DNA from: a virus
DNA length: 64,000 bases
Virus record (IMG/VR): IMGVR_UViG_3300035183_000841
Coordinates: 20,710 to 84,709 of that record
Strand: one strand, 5' to 3'
Shown here: positions 54,961 through 63,636 of the stretch, in pieces
Layout: each line of letters opens with the position of its first letter
Position numbering within the stretch: the first letter of the stretch is position 1
The notes under the pieces: generated by a model
Database searches by the model: none
Told to the model about the DNA's origin: nothing
What the model saw: only the letters and a program-made list of their open reading frames with translations
Made by a program: the position numbers and the translations under genes

Positions 54961-55734
54961 ATGTCGCTAGAAAGAATCCTAAAAAGGCACGATAAGAGAT
55001 TCGTAACCCATAAGTCAGACAAAGTCAGAACAGCTCCGCCAGGGGGTACGGCTGATAGCTTGAAGAAGTCGATCGACTCGTATCTGCTCGAGAGGAATGC
55101 TCCTGTCTTCAAGAAACTGAATGGGTTCCACCCTTCTTACAACCAGGTATGCCCAAGATGGTGGTATCTGATGTTCAAGGGGGTCGAAGTGACTCCCAAG
55201 ATTGATGCGAGGTTGTACCGGATCTTCGATAATGGCCATCTCATGCATGAGCGTATATGCGGTTACCTCAAAGAGATGGGGATATTGGTTGACAGGGAGA
55301 TACCGATAAAACTGGACACCCCTGTGCCGATAGTTGGGACTGCAGACGGGGTGATCGATTGGGACGGATATAAACTCATCGAGTTGAAAAGTATATCCCC
55401 AGAGGGTTTCCAGTTCAGGAAATACTACAACAAGCCCAAGCCCGAGCATAACGCACAAGCTCAGGTATATCTCCGAGCACTAAAGCTCGAGAATGGGTTC
55501 GTCATCTACGAATCGAAGGGGAGTCAGGAACTCCTGATATTCGAGATCGAGCGCGATGATTCTGAGTTCGAAAAAAGGGCTAAGGTTTGGTCTAAAGCGT
55601 ATGACTATATCCAGAGGGATGTCTTGCCTTCTCGGCCGTACAAACGGGATTCGTCTCATTGCTCAGCGTGCGATCTTGAGAAATACTGCTGGGAGGTGTT
55701 GCCAGATAGCGACCAGAAAGATAGTCATACGTGA
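54961..55734 (+). CDS. Cas4-like / PD-(D/E)xK exonuclease
   Basis: CPR, GHLMHE, GTADG, IELKS, QAQVY, C..C.....C Fe-S-type cysteines. Confidence 0.85.
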   Translation: MSLERILKRHDKRFVTHKSDKVRTAPPGGTADSLKKSIDSYLLERNAPVFKKLNGFHPSYNQVCPRWWYLMFKGVEVTPKIDARLYRIFDNGHLMHERICGYLKEMGILVDREIPIKLDTPVPIVGTADGVIDWDGYKLIELKSISPEGFQFRKYYNKPKPEHNAQAQVYLRALKLENGFVIYESKGSQELLIFEIERDDSEFEKRAKVWSKAYDYIQRDVLPSRPYKRDSSHCSACDLEKYCWEVLPDSDQKDSHT

Positions 55735-55984
55735 TGAGATTATCACTTGCGCATTACCAGAGTGTGGAAAGAAGTTCAAGAAACGTTCACATAACAGCAA
55801 ATACTGTTCTCAGGAATGTTGTCGAGTTGCAACCAACAGGAAGATCCTGCAGAGATATCACGAGAACAAGAAACGCCCGAAACCTGGTCGGACATGCAAA
55901 ACCGATGGGTGCGGGACCATCCTATCTGTTTACAACAAAAGCGAGTACTGCTACAGATGCGCTGAGGATATAGGGTTGTTATGA
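55706..55984 (+). CDS. Cys-rich Zn-finger protein, apparent ATA start
   Basis: CALPECGK..YCSQEC, CKTDGC..YCYRC; GGAGGTG 7 nt before an in-frame ATA. Confidence 0.65.
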   Translation: MATRKIVIRDEIITCALPECGKKFKKRSHNSKYCSQECCRVATNRKILQRYHENKKRPKPGRTCKTDGCGTILSVYNKSEYCYRCAEDIGLL

Positions 55985-56223
55985 GTGCTGAAGATGAGGT
56001 GGAGAAGATCTTAGCGATGCGGGTCTTCGTCCGCACCATCATGAGGATGCGCTTCGGGTCGCACTCCTTCCGTTTCGATGATTGGTGGTGCGATCTTTGC
56101 AAGATAACCATCGGTGCATCTTCGGTTAGGGGAGACAGCATGAAGTACTATAGGAAAGTGATATGCCACTACAAATACGTCCATAATGAGCAGTTCGCTT
56201 TGGCCCTCTTGGTGAACGCATGA
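55981..56223 (+). CDS. Hypothetical protein with C2H2-like motif
   Basis: CDLC...HYKYVH; ATGA coupling. Confidence 0.5.
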   Translation: MSAEDEVEKILAMRVFVRTIMRMRFGSHSFRFDDWWCDLCKITIGASSVRGDSMKYYRKVICHYKYVHNEQFALALLVNA

Positions 56224-56792
56224 AGAAAGCGGTTCAATCAGTGGCGAAGAGGTACGACAGGGTCATCGGTATCGATGTCTCGACGAAACTCATAGCTGTT
56301 ACTGTAGTTGATCGTGGTGAACCACTTGCTCTCGTGTCCGTTGGTCTCCCACGGGGAGATATCAATTTGAGACTTTCATATGCCAGGAAATGGTTCTCGA
56401 TCGTCCTCGATGTGTATAAGCCTGGCGCTTGCTACATCGAGGCACCGATATTGGTACAGAACCCGCTCGCTACGAAGCATCTTGCCTACATGGTCGGCAT
56501 CCTCTTCGGTGAATGCCTCGAACGAGGCATAGAAACAGCAGACGTGCCCCCTATGGAGTGGAAAAGCCATATCGGGTATCGGGCTATATCGAAGCAAGAG
56601 CGTGAGAGGGTGCTGTCGGAATATGGAGAGACTGAGGGACGGAAGGAGTTGCGCAAGATCAGGAAAGCGCAGGTGCAGGAGAAACTGAAGGATAGGTATC
56701 CGATGTTCGCTAAACAGCTCGAATCGGACGACTTGGCCGATGCTCTAGGTATCGCATTGTACTGTTGGGAGAAACTAGGCAAACACAACTAG
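56220..56792 (+). CDS. RuvC-like Holliday junction resolvase
   Basis: VIGIDVS, YIE, PPMEWK, DDLADALGIA. Confidence 0.82.
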   Translation: MKKAVQSVAKRYDRVIGIDVSTKLIAVTVVDRGEPLALVSVGLPRGDINLRLSYARKWFSIVLDVYKPGACYIEAPILVQNPLATKHLAYMVGILFGECLERGIETADVPPMEWKSHIGYRAISKQERERVLSEYGETEGRKELRKIRKAQVQEKLKDRYPMFAKQLESDDLADALGIALYCWEKLGKHN

Positions 56793-56816
56793 TCAAAAAA
56801 TGGGGAATGGACTAAA

Positions 56817-57170
56817 ATGGAGGACGTGGAGCACAAGGTGCCAGACGAGGTAACGGTCCCGAACAGCATAAAGATCGGGCCGTATAGGTATCAAGTTAAG
56901 GTGACTTCGCTCGACCCATTCGGTGCTGGGGACATCAACTACGGGATCACGCAGCGAGAACACCAGGTAATCCTGCTTGAAGAAGAACAGGCTGATGACG
57001 CCATGGCTGACTCGCTGCTGCATGAGGTGTTGCATGCGATCATATTCGTATCTGGTTATAACGAGATGAACAATGATGAAGAGGAGGATCTGGTAGCACG
57101 CATATCACCATTCCTCCTCAGTGTTATCAGGGATAATAGGGCATTTATAAGGTTCCTGATGGGTAGGTGA
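56817..57170 (+). CDS. HExxH metallopeptidase-like protein
   Basis: DSLLHEVLHAI ... EEDLV. Confidence 0.7.
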   Translation: MEDVEHKVPDEVTVPNSIKIGPYRYQVKVTSLDPFGAGDINYGITQREHQVILLEEEQADDAMADSLLHEVLHAIIFVSGYNEMNNDEEEDLVARISPFLLSVIRDNRAFIRFLMGR

Positions 57171-57177
57171 TTCCAAC

Positions 57178-57369
57178 TTGAAGATTTATGAGGACAGAGA
57201 TTGGCTGTTTGAACAATACGTGAAGCAAGGTAGGACGGCGAAAGATATAGCCGATGATGTAGGCGTCACAGAGATGACGATATATAACTGGCTCAAGAAG
57301 TTCGATCTTTTGAGATACAAAGGAAAAGGAAGAAGTCTCGGCCGAAGAGTAATCAAAAGGGATTGGTAA
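57178..57369 (+). CDS. HTH DNA-binding protein
   Basis: TAKDIADDVGVTEMTIYNWLKK. Confidence 0.8.
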   Translation: MKIYEDRDWLFEQYVKQGRTAKDIADDVGVTEMTIYNWLKKFDLLRYKGKGRSLGRRVIKRDW

Positions 57370-57466
57370 ACAAGGCATTCCTGAGGGGGTGCCGACTTGG
57401 AAACTCTCATTTCGGATGTGATGGGAAACGAGATTCGGACATAGGAAGCAGATCGAGGATAGGATT

Positions 57467-58090
57467 TTGAGATTCATACCATGGTCACAGGTTTACGTTG
57501 AGCCGTTAGGCGGTGTTGATTCATTGTTCTTCCGGATGAAGCCGCGCCCAGTTGAGGTGTTCAACGACGTAGACGGGTGGCTCATAGATTTGGTTCGATT
57601 GTTGCAAGATCCCGAGTCAGAGGTGGTCTTCCGTCAGCACTTGATCTCTGGCGGATACGATACCCATGACCTCGACATCAATCGGTCACTTGAGATATTC
57701 AGGTTCCAAACTGGTGGAGTATCGTTGCCATCATTCGATGACGATTGGCGAAGGGTCTACGCATTAGATAGAACTACTGTTGCTTCTATCGAGATGTTTA
57801 GCAGATGGTTTGACATCATCTCTCACGTACAGGTTGATTCTCGTCCAATACTTGATGTTATTGCTTATTGGGATGGTGATGATACGACTCAGTACGTAAA
57901 TATACCATGCGGTAGAACCTGCGATGAGTATCTGTTGAGAGCCATCATGTCGTGCGATGGCAAGATTGTTATGTCGACTTGTTGTGATGGCAACGATTAC
58001 GAAGACCTCTTAAGTGCTGGCTGGGTGAAGGTCAGCCTTAACGAGCAGGTGAACATCTACCGCAATCCGAGGGCTGTTGAAGATGGTTGA
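57467..58090 (+). CDS. Degenerate Dam-like (D12) methyltransferase, catalytic motif lost
   Basis: YVEPLGG and EVFND retained; DPPY replaced by NIPC. Confidence 0.55.
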   Translation: MRFIPWSQVYVEPLGGVDSLFFRMKPRPVEVFNDVDGWLIDLVRLLQDPESEVVFRQHLISGGYDTHDLDINRSLEIFRFQTGGVSLPSFDDDWRRVYALDRTTVASIEMFSRWFDIISHVQVDSRPILDVIAYWDGDDTTQYVNIPCGRTCDEYLLRAIMSCDGKIVMSTCCDGNDYEDLLSAGWVKVSLNEQVNIYRNPRAVEDG

Positions 58091-59003
58091 TGTGAATGCC
58101 GCATTCGGATCGAAATGGTTCAAAGAGCAGAGATTGCCCGGCCCTGTCCTATGGTACGGCGGGAAAGGCTCCTGGAACTTGCCAAGGATATTGAAGGTTC
58201 TCCCCATCACCAGCACATATGTTGAGCCTTACGGCGGCGCAGCATCGGTGCTCCTTTCTAAGGATCGCTCAGACCTTGAAGTCTATAGCGATCTCGACTG
58301 GCGGATAGTGAACTTGCTCAAGACCATCCAGGACCCGGATCGTTTCAGGCTCCTATACCATAGGGTTTTCTATACCCTCTATTCGAGGAGCGAGTTCGTC
58401 CGTGGTCTGGAGGTCATGAAAGACCCATCGGCAAGTGATGATGATAAGGCATGGGCTTTCTTCGTAATCCAGAACCAGGGGTATGGGGGAATATCGCACC
58501 TACCGGGCCATTGGGGGCGCGCCTTCACGGATGACAAAGGTGTAGCGAAGAAGGTAAGGACGTACACCATACGGATAGACAGACTCCCTCGTCAGCATGA
58601 GAGGTTGCAGGGGGTCGAGATTTTGAACAGGGACGCCATCGAGGTGATGCTCGAATACGATAGTGATGATACGACCGTATTCCTGGACCCTCCATATGTC
58701 CCAGATACGCGAGTTAATAAAAAAGTCTATCATATAGACCAACCAATAGAACACCACGAACTCCTGGTGGACACCATATTGAAACTCAGGTCGGCCGTCG
58801 TGCTCATCGGGTATGAGCATCCCGTCTATACCCCACTTGAAGATGCTGGGTGGGAGAAGATACCATTCAAGTCTTATGCGAGTGCAGCGGCGAGGAACCG
58901 TGGGACGAAAACAGTTGGCAAGGGTGCTCTGCTCAAGCATGCTTCTCGGATAGAGACGATATGGAGGAACCCGAGGGCTGTAGAGTTGAAGCCATTGACA
59001 TAA
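58077..59003 (+). CDS. DNA adenine methyltransferase (D12/Dam family)
   Basis: WYGGK, YVEPYGG, FLDPPY. Confidence 0.9.
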   Translation: MKMVDVNAAFGSKWFKEQRLPGPVLWYGGKGSWNLPRILKVLPITSTYVEPYGGAASVLLSKDRSDLEVYSDLDWRIVNLLKTIQDPDRFRLLYHRVFYTLYSRSEFVRGLEVMKDPSASDDDKAWAFFVIQNQGYGGISHLPGHWGRAFTDDKGVAKKVRTYTIRIDRLPRQHERLQGVEILNRDAIEVMLEYDSDDTTVFLDPPYVPDTRVNKKVYHIDQPIEHHELLVDTILKLRSAVVLIGYEHPVYTPLEDAGWEKIPFKSYASAAARNRGTKTVGKGALLKHASRIETIWRNPRAVELKPLT

Positions 59004-59031
59004 CCACACTTCATATGGGAATATTCAAACG

Positions 59032-59598
59032 ATGGGTGCCAAATCTTCTCTCGATAAGATGAACGACTTCGAAAGGGCCGAGAAGGTCTACATGATCGCC
59101 AGGCTCTACATGCAGGGCAAACCGAAGGTGTCGATAGCAAAGGAACTTGATATCCCACTTAGCACCGTGGAGAAGGCCATCAAAGAGTGGGATGAATACA
59201 TATCGATGCGCGCAGAAGCCGACCCCGACATCATGGAGAAGTTCACCGAGAACGTCTTCAGGTTCGATGAAGAGATAAGGATGATCAATGAGCAGGCATG
59301 GGAAGTCGTGAGGTTGGCCGAAGAGAATGGCGCCATGTCAACGAAACTACAGGCTCTTCGTTTGGCGAAAGACCTCATGGAGACCAAGGCTCGGCTCTTC
59401 CAGCTTATGTCCCCGCGACTCGAATCCGGGTACATCGAGCGGACCAAGAAAGTTGAGCGCGTTAACTCAATTTTGTCGGAGATAATCAGGACTACCATAA
59501 GTAACTGCCCCAGATGCTCTGACCTCGCTTGGTCGCAGTTGCAGGATGCCTGGCGTAACCAACCAGAGCTTAGTGATGGAGAAACGCTAGACAGATGA
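59032..59598 (+). CDS. Terminase small subunit (putative)
   Basis: N-terminal HTH; ATGA-coupled to the large subunit. Confidence 0.7.
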   Translation: MGAKSSLDKMNDFERAEKVYMIARLYMQGKPKVSIAKELDIPLSTVEKAIKEWDEYISMRAEADPDIMEKFTENVFRFDEEIRMINEQAWEVVRLAEENGAMSTKLQALRLAKDLMETKARLFQLMSPRLESGYIERTKKVERVNSILSEIIRTTISNCPRCSDLAWSQLQDAWRNQPELSDGETLDR

Positions 59599-61853
59599 CC
59601 ATGCGTAGATTCGGCGGGAACATAACGCTTGAAGACTTCAGGTCTTTGCTCCAGAAGGAGGAGTTCGAGGAAGAGCCGGTCGATCTGCATAGGTTCGTGA
59701 CGGACCCGTATTTTTTAGGGCTTAAACCACTGTCTCCTGTACAGGAGCAGATCGCGTCGAAGATGACCCAGATCTTCCTCCCCCACACACTAGAGAAGAT
59801 GCATGGGAAGAAGGAAGCGCAACAGATCTGGGAGTCCACGGTAAATGAGGTTATATGTCAGATCGGCAAAGGTGGGGGGAAAGATTGGTGCTTCGCGTAT
59901 GAAACCGAAATAATCACCAAAGACGGGATAAGGAAGATCGGGGATGTGGCGAACACCGTTCAGACGCTGCTGACTTCGCAGGGATGGAAAGAAGCTAAGG
60001 TCCTCGAGACGAGTGTGCTTCCGATATGGAAGTTGGTTGTGAAACGGGGCGACGAAACGAAAGAGATCCACACGACCAGATATCACAGATGGTTTGCGAC
60101 TAAGACCTTAGATAGGGCCAAGAGGAAGTTCGAAGAGACTTACACTTGCGACTTGGTGCCGGGTAGTTGGTTACAGGTTAACTATGAGCATCGCGATATC
60201 CATCCTGGCCCAGAGGCTCACTGGAAGGTGGTATCGGTCGAGGAAACGGATAGGGTTGAACAAACATATTGCCCGGACGTTCCAGAGATACATAACTTCA
60301 CCTTAGAGGGCAATATATTGACCGGCAATACCCTTCGTATAGCGTTCGCCAGGATCATCTATCTGATGCATTGCTTAAGGGACCCACTTGACTATTACGG
60401 TATCGGTCATGGGGAGTACATCGACCTCCTGAACATCGCTCTGAACTCCGAGCAGGCACAACGGGTATTCTTCGACCCATTGAAGAACTTGCTCATCGCC
60501 AGCCCGTATTTCCAGAAGAAGGGGTTCATCCCGATGAGCAAGAAGATCGAGTTCATGGAGCGACCCATCAGGTGTTTCTCTGGCCACTCTGAGGCTGAGG
60601 GGTGGGAGGGGTATAACCTGATTGCGGTTACGTTGGACGAGATCTCCGCATTCAAAACTCAGGATGACTCTTCCCACACCCAAGAATCCGTGAAGTTTTC
60701 TGCTAAGGCCATCTACGACATGGCGAGGCTGTCGGTCATCTCGCGTTTCCCCCAGGTCGGAAAGGTTGCGCTGCTTTCGTTCCCGAGGTATGAGAACGAC
60801 TTCATCCAGCAACGGTACGATGGGGTGATAGAGAGGAAGATCACGAGGAAGGTGACGAAGGATCTCGGCCCGATAACGGTATGGTGGGAAGATGATGAGA
60901 TCCTCGAGTATCGAGAACCGAGGGTATGGGCTATAAAGTGCCCCACTTTCGTATCCAATCCCACCAAGAAACCAGAAGATTTCACCTCCGACTTCATACG
61001 TGACCCGGTGAATGCGAACGCACGCATCCTTTGCCGGCCACCGAAGATGGCGGAAGCGTATTTCCGCGATCCATATAGGGTCATGGCCTGCTTCCATAAA
61101 CACGATGAATCTTGTACGGATAAGTATTGCGTTCGGTCGCCGTTCGACGAGGAAGGGCGTCTGCCTCCTATGTTCCGGGATAAAGATGACAGCGCAGCAC
61201 CGAGGTTCATCCATATCGACCTCGGCCTTAACCGCGACAGGTCTGCGCTGTGTATGGTTCACTGTGAAGGATTCATGAAAAGTGAAACGGATGGGCAGAT
61301 AATGCCTGTGATACGGATGGACCTCATCAAGTATTGGGAAGCCCCTCCGAACGGCGAGATAGACTTCAATGACGTTCGCAGATTCGTGTTCATGCTGAAC
61401 GACAGGTTCAATGTGGCGATGGTGACGATGGACAGGTGGCAGAGCGTCGATACGAAGAACATCTTCATGAACAAAGGCATCTACACGGAGTTCATGGTGG
61501 TGAAGAAAGACCACTACGATACGCTTTCCACCTCCATCTATGATGGGCGTCTTCGTGCGTATTACCATCCCATCCTCGTCGATCAGGAACTCCTGAAGTT
61601 GCAGCTCATCAGGGGGAACAAGGTCGATCACCCAAGGAAGGGGTTCAAGGACGGAGCCGACTCCTTAGCTGGCGCTGTATATACCTGCACTGTGAATACT
61701 CCGGTCGAGGAGGTCATCGATATCGACATCCTCGGTACTACGCAATCTGTCAAACGCGACGAAGAGGAGAAGGAGAAGCGAGAGGAACACGTCCAGGAGA
61801 AAGAGATGCCGGATGACATAGAAGAGTATCTCGGCGGGATGGGGTTAATCTGA
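59595..61853 (+). CDS. Terminase large subunit, intein-containing
   Basis: Walker A GKGGGKD, Walker B VTLDE, LLSFPR, HIDLG, DHP..G.KDGAD. Confidence 0.9.
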   Translation: MTMRRFGGNITLEDFRSLLQKEEFEEEPVDLHRFVTDPYFLGLKPLSPVQEQIASKMTQIFLPHTLEKMHGKKEAQQIWESTVNEVICQIGKGGGKDWCFAYETEIITKDGIRKIGDVANTVQTLLTSQGWKEAKVLETSVLPIWKLVVKRGDETKEIHTTRYHRWFATKTLDRAKRKFEETYTCDLVPGSWLQVNYEHRDIHPGPEAHWKVVSVEETDRVEQTYCPDVPEIHNFTLEGNILTGNTLRIAFARIIYLMHCLRDPLDYYGIGHGEYIDLLNIALNSEQAQRVFFDPLKNLLIASPYFQKKGFIPMSKKIEFMERPIRCFSGHSEAEGWEGYNLIAVTLDEISAFKTQDDSSHTQESVKFSAKAIYDMARLSVISRFPQVGKVALLSFPRYENDFIQQRYDGVIERKITRKVTKDLGPITVWWEDDEILEYREPRVWAIKCPTFVSNPTKKPEDFTSDFIRDPVNANARILCRPPKMAEAYFRDPYRVMACFHKHDESCTDKYCVRSPFDEEGRLPPMFRDKDDSAAPRFIHIDLGLNRDRSALCMVHCEGFMKSETDGQIMPVIRMDLIKYWEAPPNGEIDFNDVRRFVFMLNDRFNVAMVTMDRWQSVDTKNIFMNKGIYTEFMVVKKDHYDTLSTSIYDGRLRAYYHPILVDQELLKLQLIRGNKVDHPRKGFKDGADSLAGAVYTCTVNTPVEEVIDIDILGTTQSVKRDEEEKEKREEHVQEKEMPDDIEEYLGGMGLI
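59889..60329 (+). mobile_element. Mini-intein (147 aa, no endonuclease) in terminase
   Basis: KDW|CFAYETEIIT ... TTRYHRW ... HNFTLEGNILTGN|TLR. Confidence 0.88.
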
Positions 61854-61854
61854 A

Positions 61855-62115
61855 TTGGCACCGAAGTGGATGGAGAAAGCATTATGCGCTGAACTTGACA
61901 TACCGCTGAATCACTTCTTCGATGATTACCTCAGATCATTGGAGGTGTTCAATCAGGTAAACGACTTATGTATGGAGTGTCAGGTTAGGGATATATGTTT
62001 CCGTTATGGAGAAACGACGAAATCGACCGGCGTTTGGGGGGGTAAGTGGCTCTCGTTCGGCCAGGTGGTACAAGTAGAACTCGATTATGGAGATGGAGAT
62101 GCCGAAGAAAAATAA
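61855..62115 (+). CDS. WhiB-family transcription factor
   Basis: WMEKALC...CMEC.V...C...GVWGG. Confidence 0.85.
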   Translation: MAPKWMEKALCAELDIPLNHFFDDYLRSLEVFNQVNDLCMECQVRDICFRYGETTKSTGVWGGKWLSFGQVVQVELDYGDGDAEEK

Positions 62116-62341
62116 AGGAACCGTATTGATGTGTCCGAAGTGCGGCGGTACCGTTACGATGTACATCAGGCACAAAGGGGCCTGGTGTTCACGTCCTGGT
62201 TGTGTAGATCGTAAGGGGTACATGCAGCCGATGGTAGAAGTCGAGAAGAAACCCAGTGGGAAGAAAGATGATGCTGTAGGAGAGCTTGGTTTATCCGGGT
62301 ATCTGAAGTCGTATCCCAAGGATGGGGGTAAGGAGGGGTAA
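62087..62341 (+). CDS. Small Zn-ribbon protein
   Basis: CPKCGG, CSRPGC. Confidence 0.5.
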   Translation: MEMEMPKKNKGTVLMCPKCGGTVTMYIRHKGAWCSRPGCVDRKGYMQPMVEVEKKPSGKKDDAVGELGLSGYLKSYPKDGGKEG

Positions 62342-62706
62342 TGACGATGTACGAGTACCTTGAGTACACCGGGTCATCCGGCACGAATACGTATTACAAC
62401 TACCCGTATTACAGATACATATCTGATGACAACTCTACATATCCGTACACATCAACTCCAACATACCCGCCTCAGAATACGTATTCGTATTCCGAATATT
62501 CGAGGGTGCTGCAGAAACTCCAAGAGGTGTTGAGTAGGCTGGATATCCTCGAGAAGTCGTTCATCGACATGTCCAGACTGATCTGGGACATGGCTTCGGA
62601 GGATTGCATATCAGGTGGTGATTGTGGAAGTTGTCTTCCGTGTCGGGCTCGTGAGGCTATGTCTGACGTGGTTTTCGCTAAGATGATCGATGGGCTGAAA
62701 AGTTGA
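62341..62706 (+). CDS. Hypothetical protein with Tyr-rich N-terminus
   Basis: AGGAGG SD; C...CGSC..C near the C-terminus. Confidence 0.55.
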   Translation: MTMYEYLEYTGSSGTNTYYNYPYYRYISDDNSTYPYTSTPTYPPQNTYSYSEYSRVLQKLQEVLSRLDILEKSFIDMSRLIWDMASEDCISGGDCGSCLPCRAREAMSDVVFAKMIDGLKS

Positions 62707-62732
62707 CAAAAAATCTTTGTCATAGATAATAT
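62703..62732 (+). promoter_or_regulatory. Sigma70-type promoter overlapped by a palindromic operator
   Basis: TTGACA-18-TAATAT (or 16-GATAAT); TGACAAA-5-TTTGTCA inverted repeat. Confidence 0.6.
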
Positions 62733-62743
62733 CTCTTGATGAT

Positions 62744-62911
62744 ATGGCCAGAACGAGATGCTATATGTGCGGAGAAGTTAAGTTCAACGCCTACTTCTAC
62801 CGCCGTAAAGATAGGAAGGCCGTTCATCAACCATGTCGTTCATGCGCTAAAAAGATTGCAAGGGAACGATATTGGAAAAAGAAAGGGGGAGGTGAAGATA
62901 TAGATGGCTAA
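62744..62911 (+). CDS. Small Zn-finger protein
   Basis: CYMCGEVK...FY...CRSC. Confidence 0.5.
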   Translation: MARTRCYMCGEVKFNAYFYRRKDRKAVHQPCRSCAKKIARERYWKKKGGGEDIDG

Positions 62912-63131
62912 CGTAGTTGCATTCAACGCCCAGGAGGCCGGCGATGTCCTGTGGTGGAGACCACTTGGTTCCGATACCGCTGTCGTATATAAGTACGTGT
63001 GCCCGGTAGACTCTCACAAGGTTCTCGCTGCGGTACGACTCGGTTACAACTCTTCCGGTACTCAGGTCGATACCGCGAAGTGCCCTGTCCATGACGTTGC
63101 CCTCACCGGGGAGACGGCGGTCGCCCTGTAA
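62904..63131 (+). CDS. Small Zn-ribbon protein
   Basis: GGAGGTG SD; CPVD..H, CPVH. Confidence 0.6.
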   Translation: MANVVAFNAQEAGDVLWWRPLGSDTAVVYKYVCPVDSHKVLAAVRLGYNSSGTQVDTAKCPVHDVALTGETAVAL

Positions 63132-63147
63132 CCTTCGATAGCGCCAG

Positions 63148-63201
63148 ATCGGTTACGGCGAGGCATACCTCTTTATATGGGGTAGCCTCGCCGCCGATTT
63201 T
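63148..63201 (+). terminator. Intrinsic terminator
   Basis: CGGCGAGGC/GCCTCGCCG stem with TTTT tail. Confidence 0.6.
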
Positions 63202-63234
63202 AATAACGAGATTAAGTTCGCCAAATGGTCTTGA

Positions 63235-63633
63235 TTGCTTGCTATGATGGGTGGTGTGTTGGATGCCATGAAAGGAGGAAGGGTGCCAGAGCAAGATATC
63301 ATCCCTATCGATCCGGAGCATCTACCGGACCGGAAGACCAGGCGGCGTAGGTCAGCTCAGGTGGAGCGGCTAGTGAAGATCCTCGTCGATTCTGCCGATA
63401 GTGGGTCATGGTATTGCGTGCCAGAAGTTGCACCCGAGAAGAAATCTGCCTGGATGGGTAAGATTGGCTACGCAGCGAAGATTGCCGGTAGAGAGGTTGA
63501 ATCGTTCTACGTACATCCAGACAACGCTGGCAAATATACCCCTGGTCTGTACTTCAGGGGGCATCATGTGGGGGATGCTCCTCCGCGTGGTCGCCGCAAG
63601 AAGGTTTCAGAGTTCGAATTTTTCAGAGGTTGA
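63235..63633 (+). CDS. Hypothetical protein
   Basis: Open frame; start uncertain. Confidence 0.55.
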   Translation: MLAMMGGVLDAMKGGRVPEQDIIPIDPEHLPDRKTRRRRSAQVERLVKILVDSADSGSWYCVPEVAPEKKSAWMGKIGYAAKIAGREVESFYVHPDNAGKYTPGLYFRGHHVGDAPPRGRRKKVSEFEFFRG

Positions 63634-63636
63634 TCT

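Noticed and set aside
54961-55734. Cas4-like gene as evidence of a CRISPR-Cas system
   Set aside because: No array or other cas genes; it sits among recombination genes, as is usual for phage exonucleases
57422-57428. GGGAAAC slippery site as a frameshift into the degenerate Dam gene
   Set aside because: A -1 shift leads to a stop; the Dam frame would need +1
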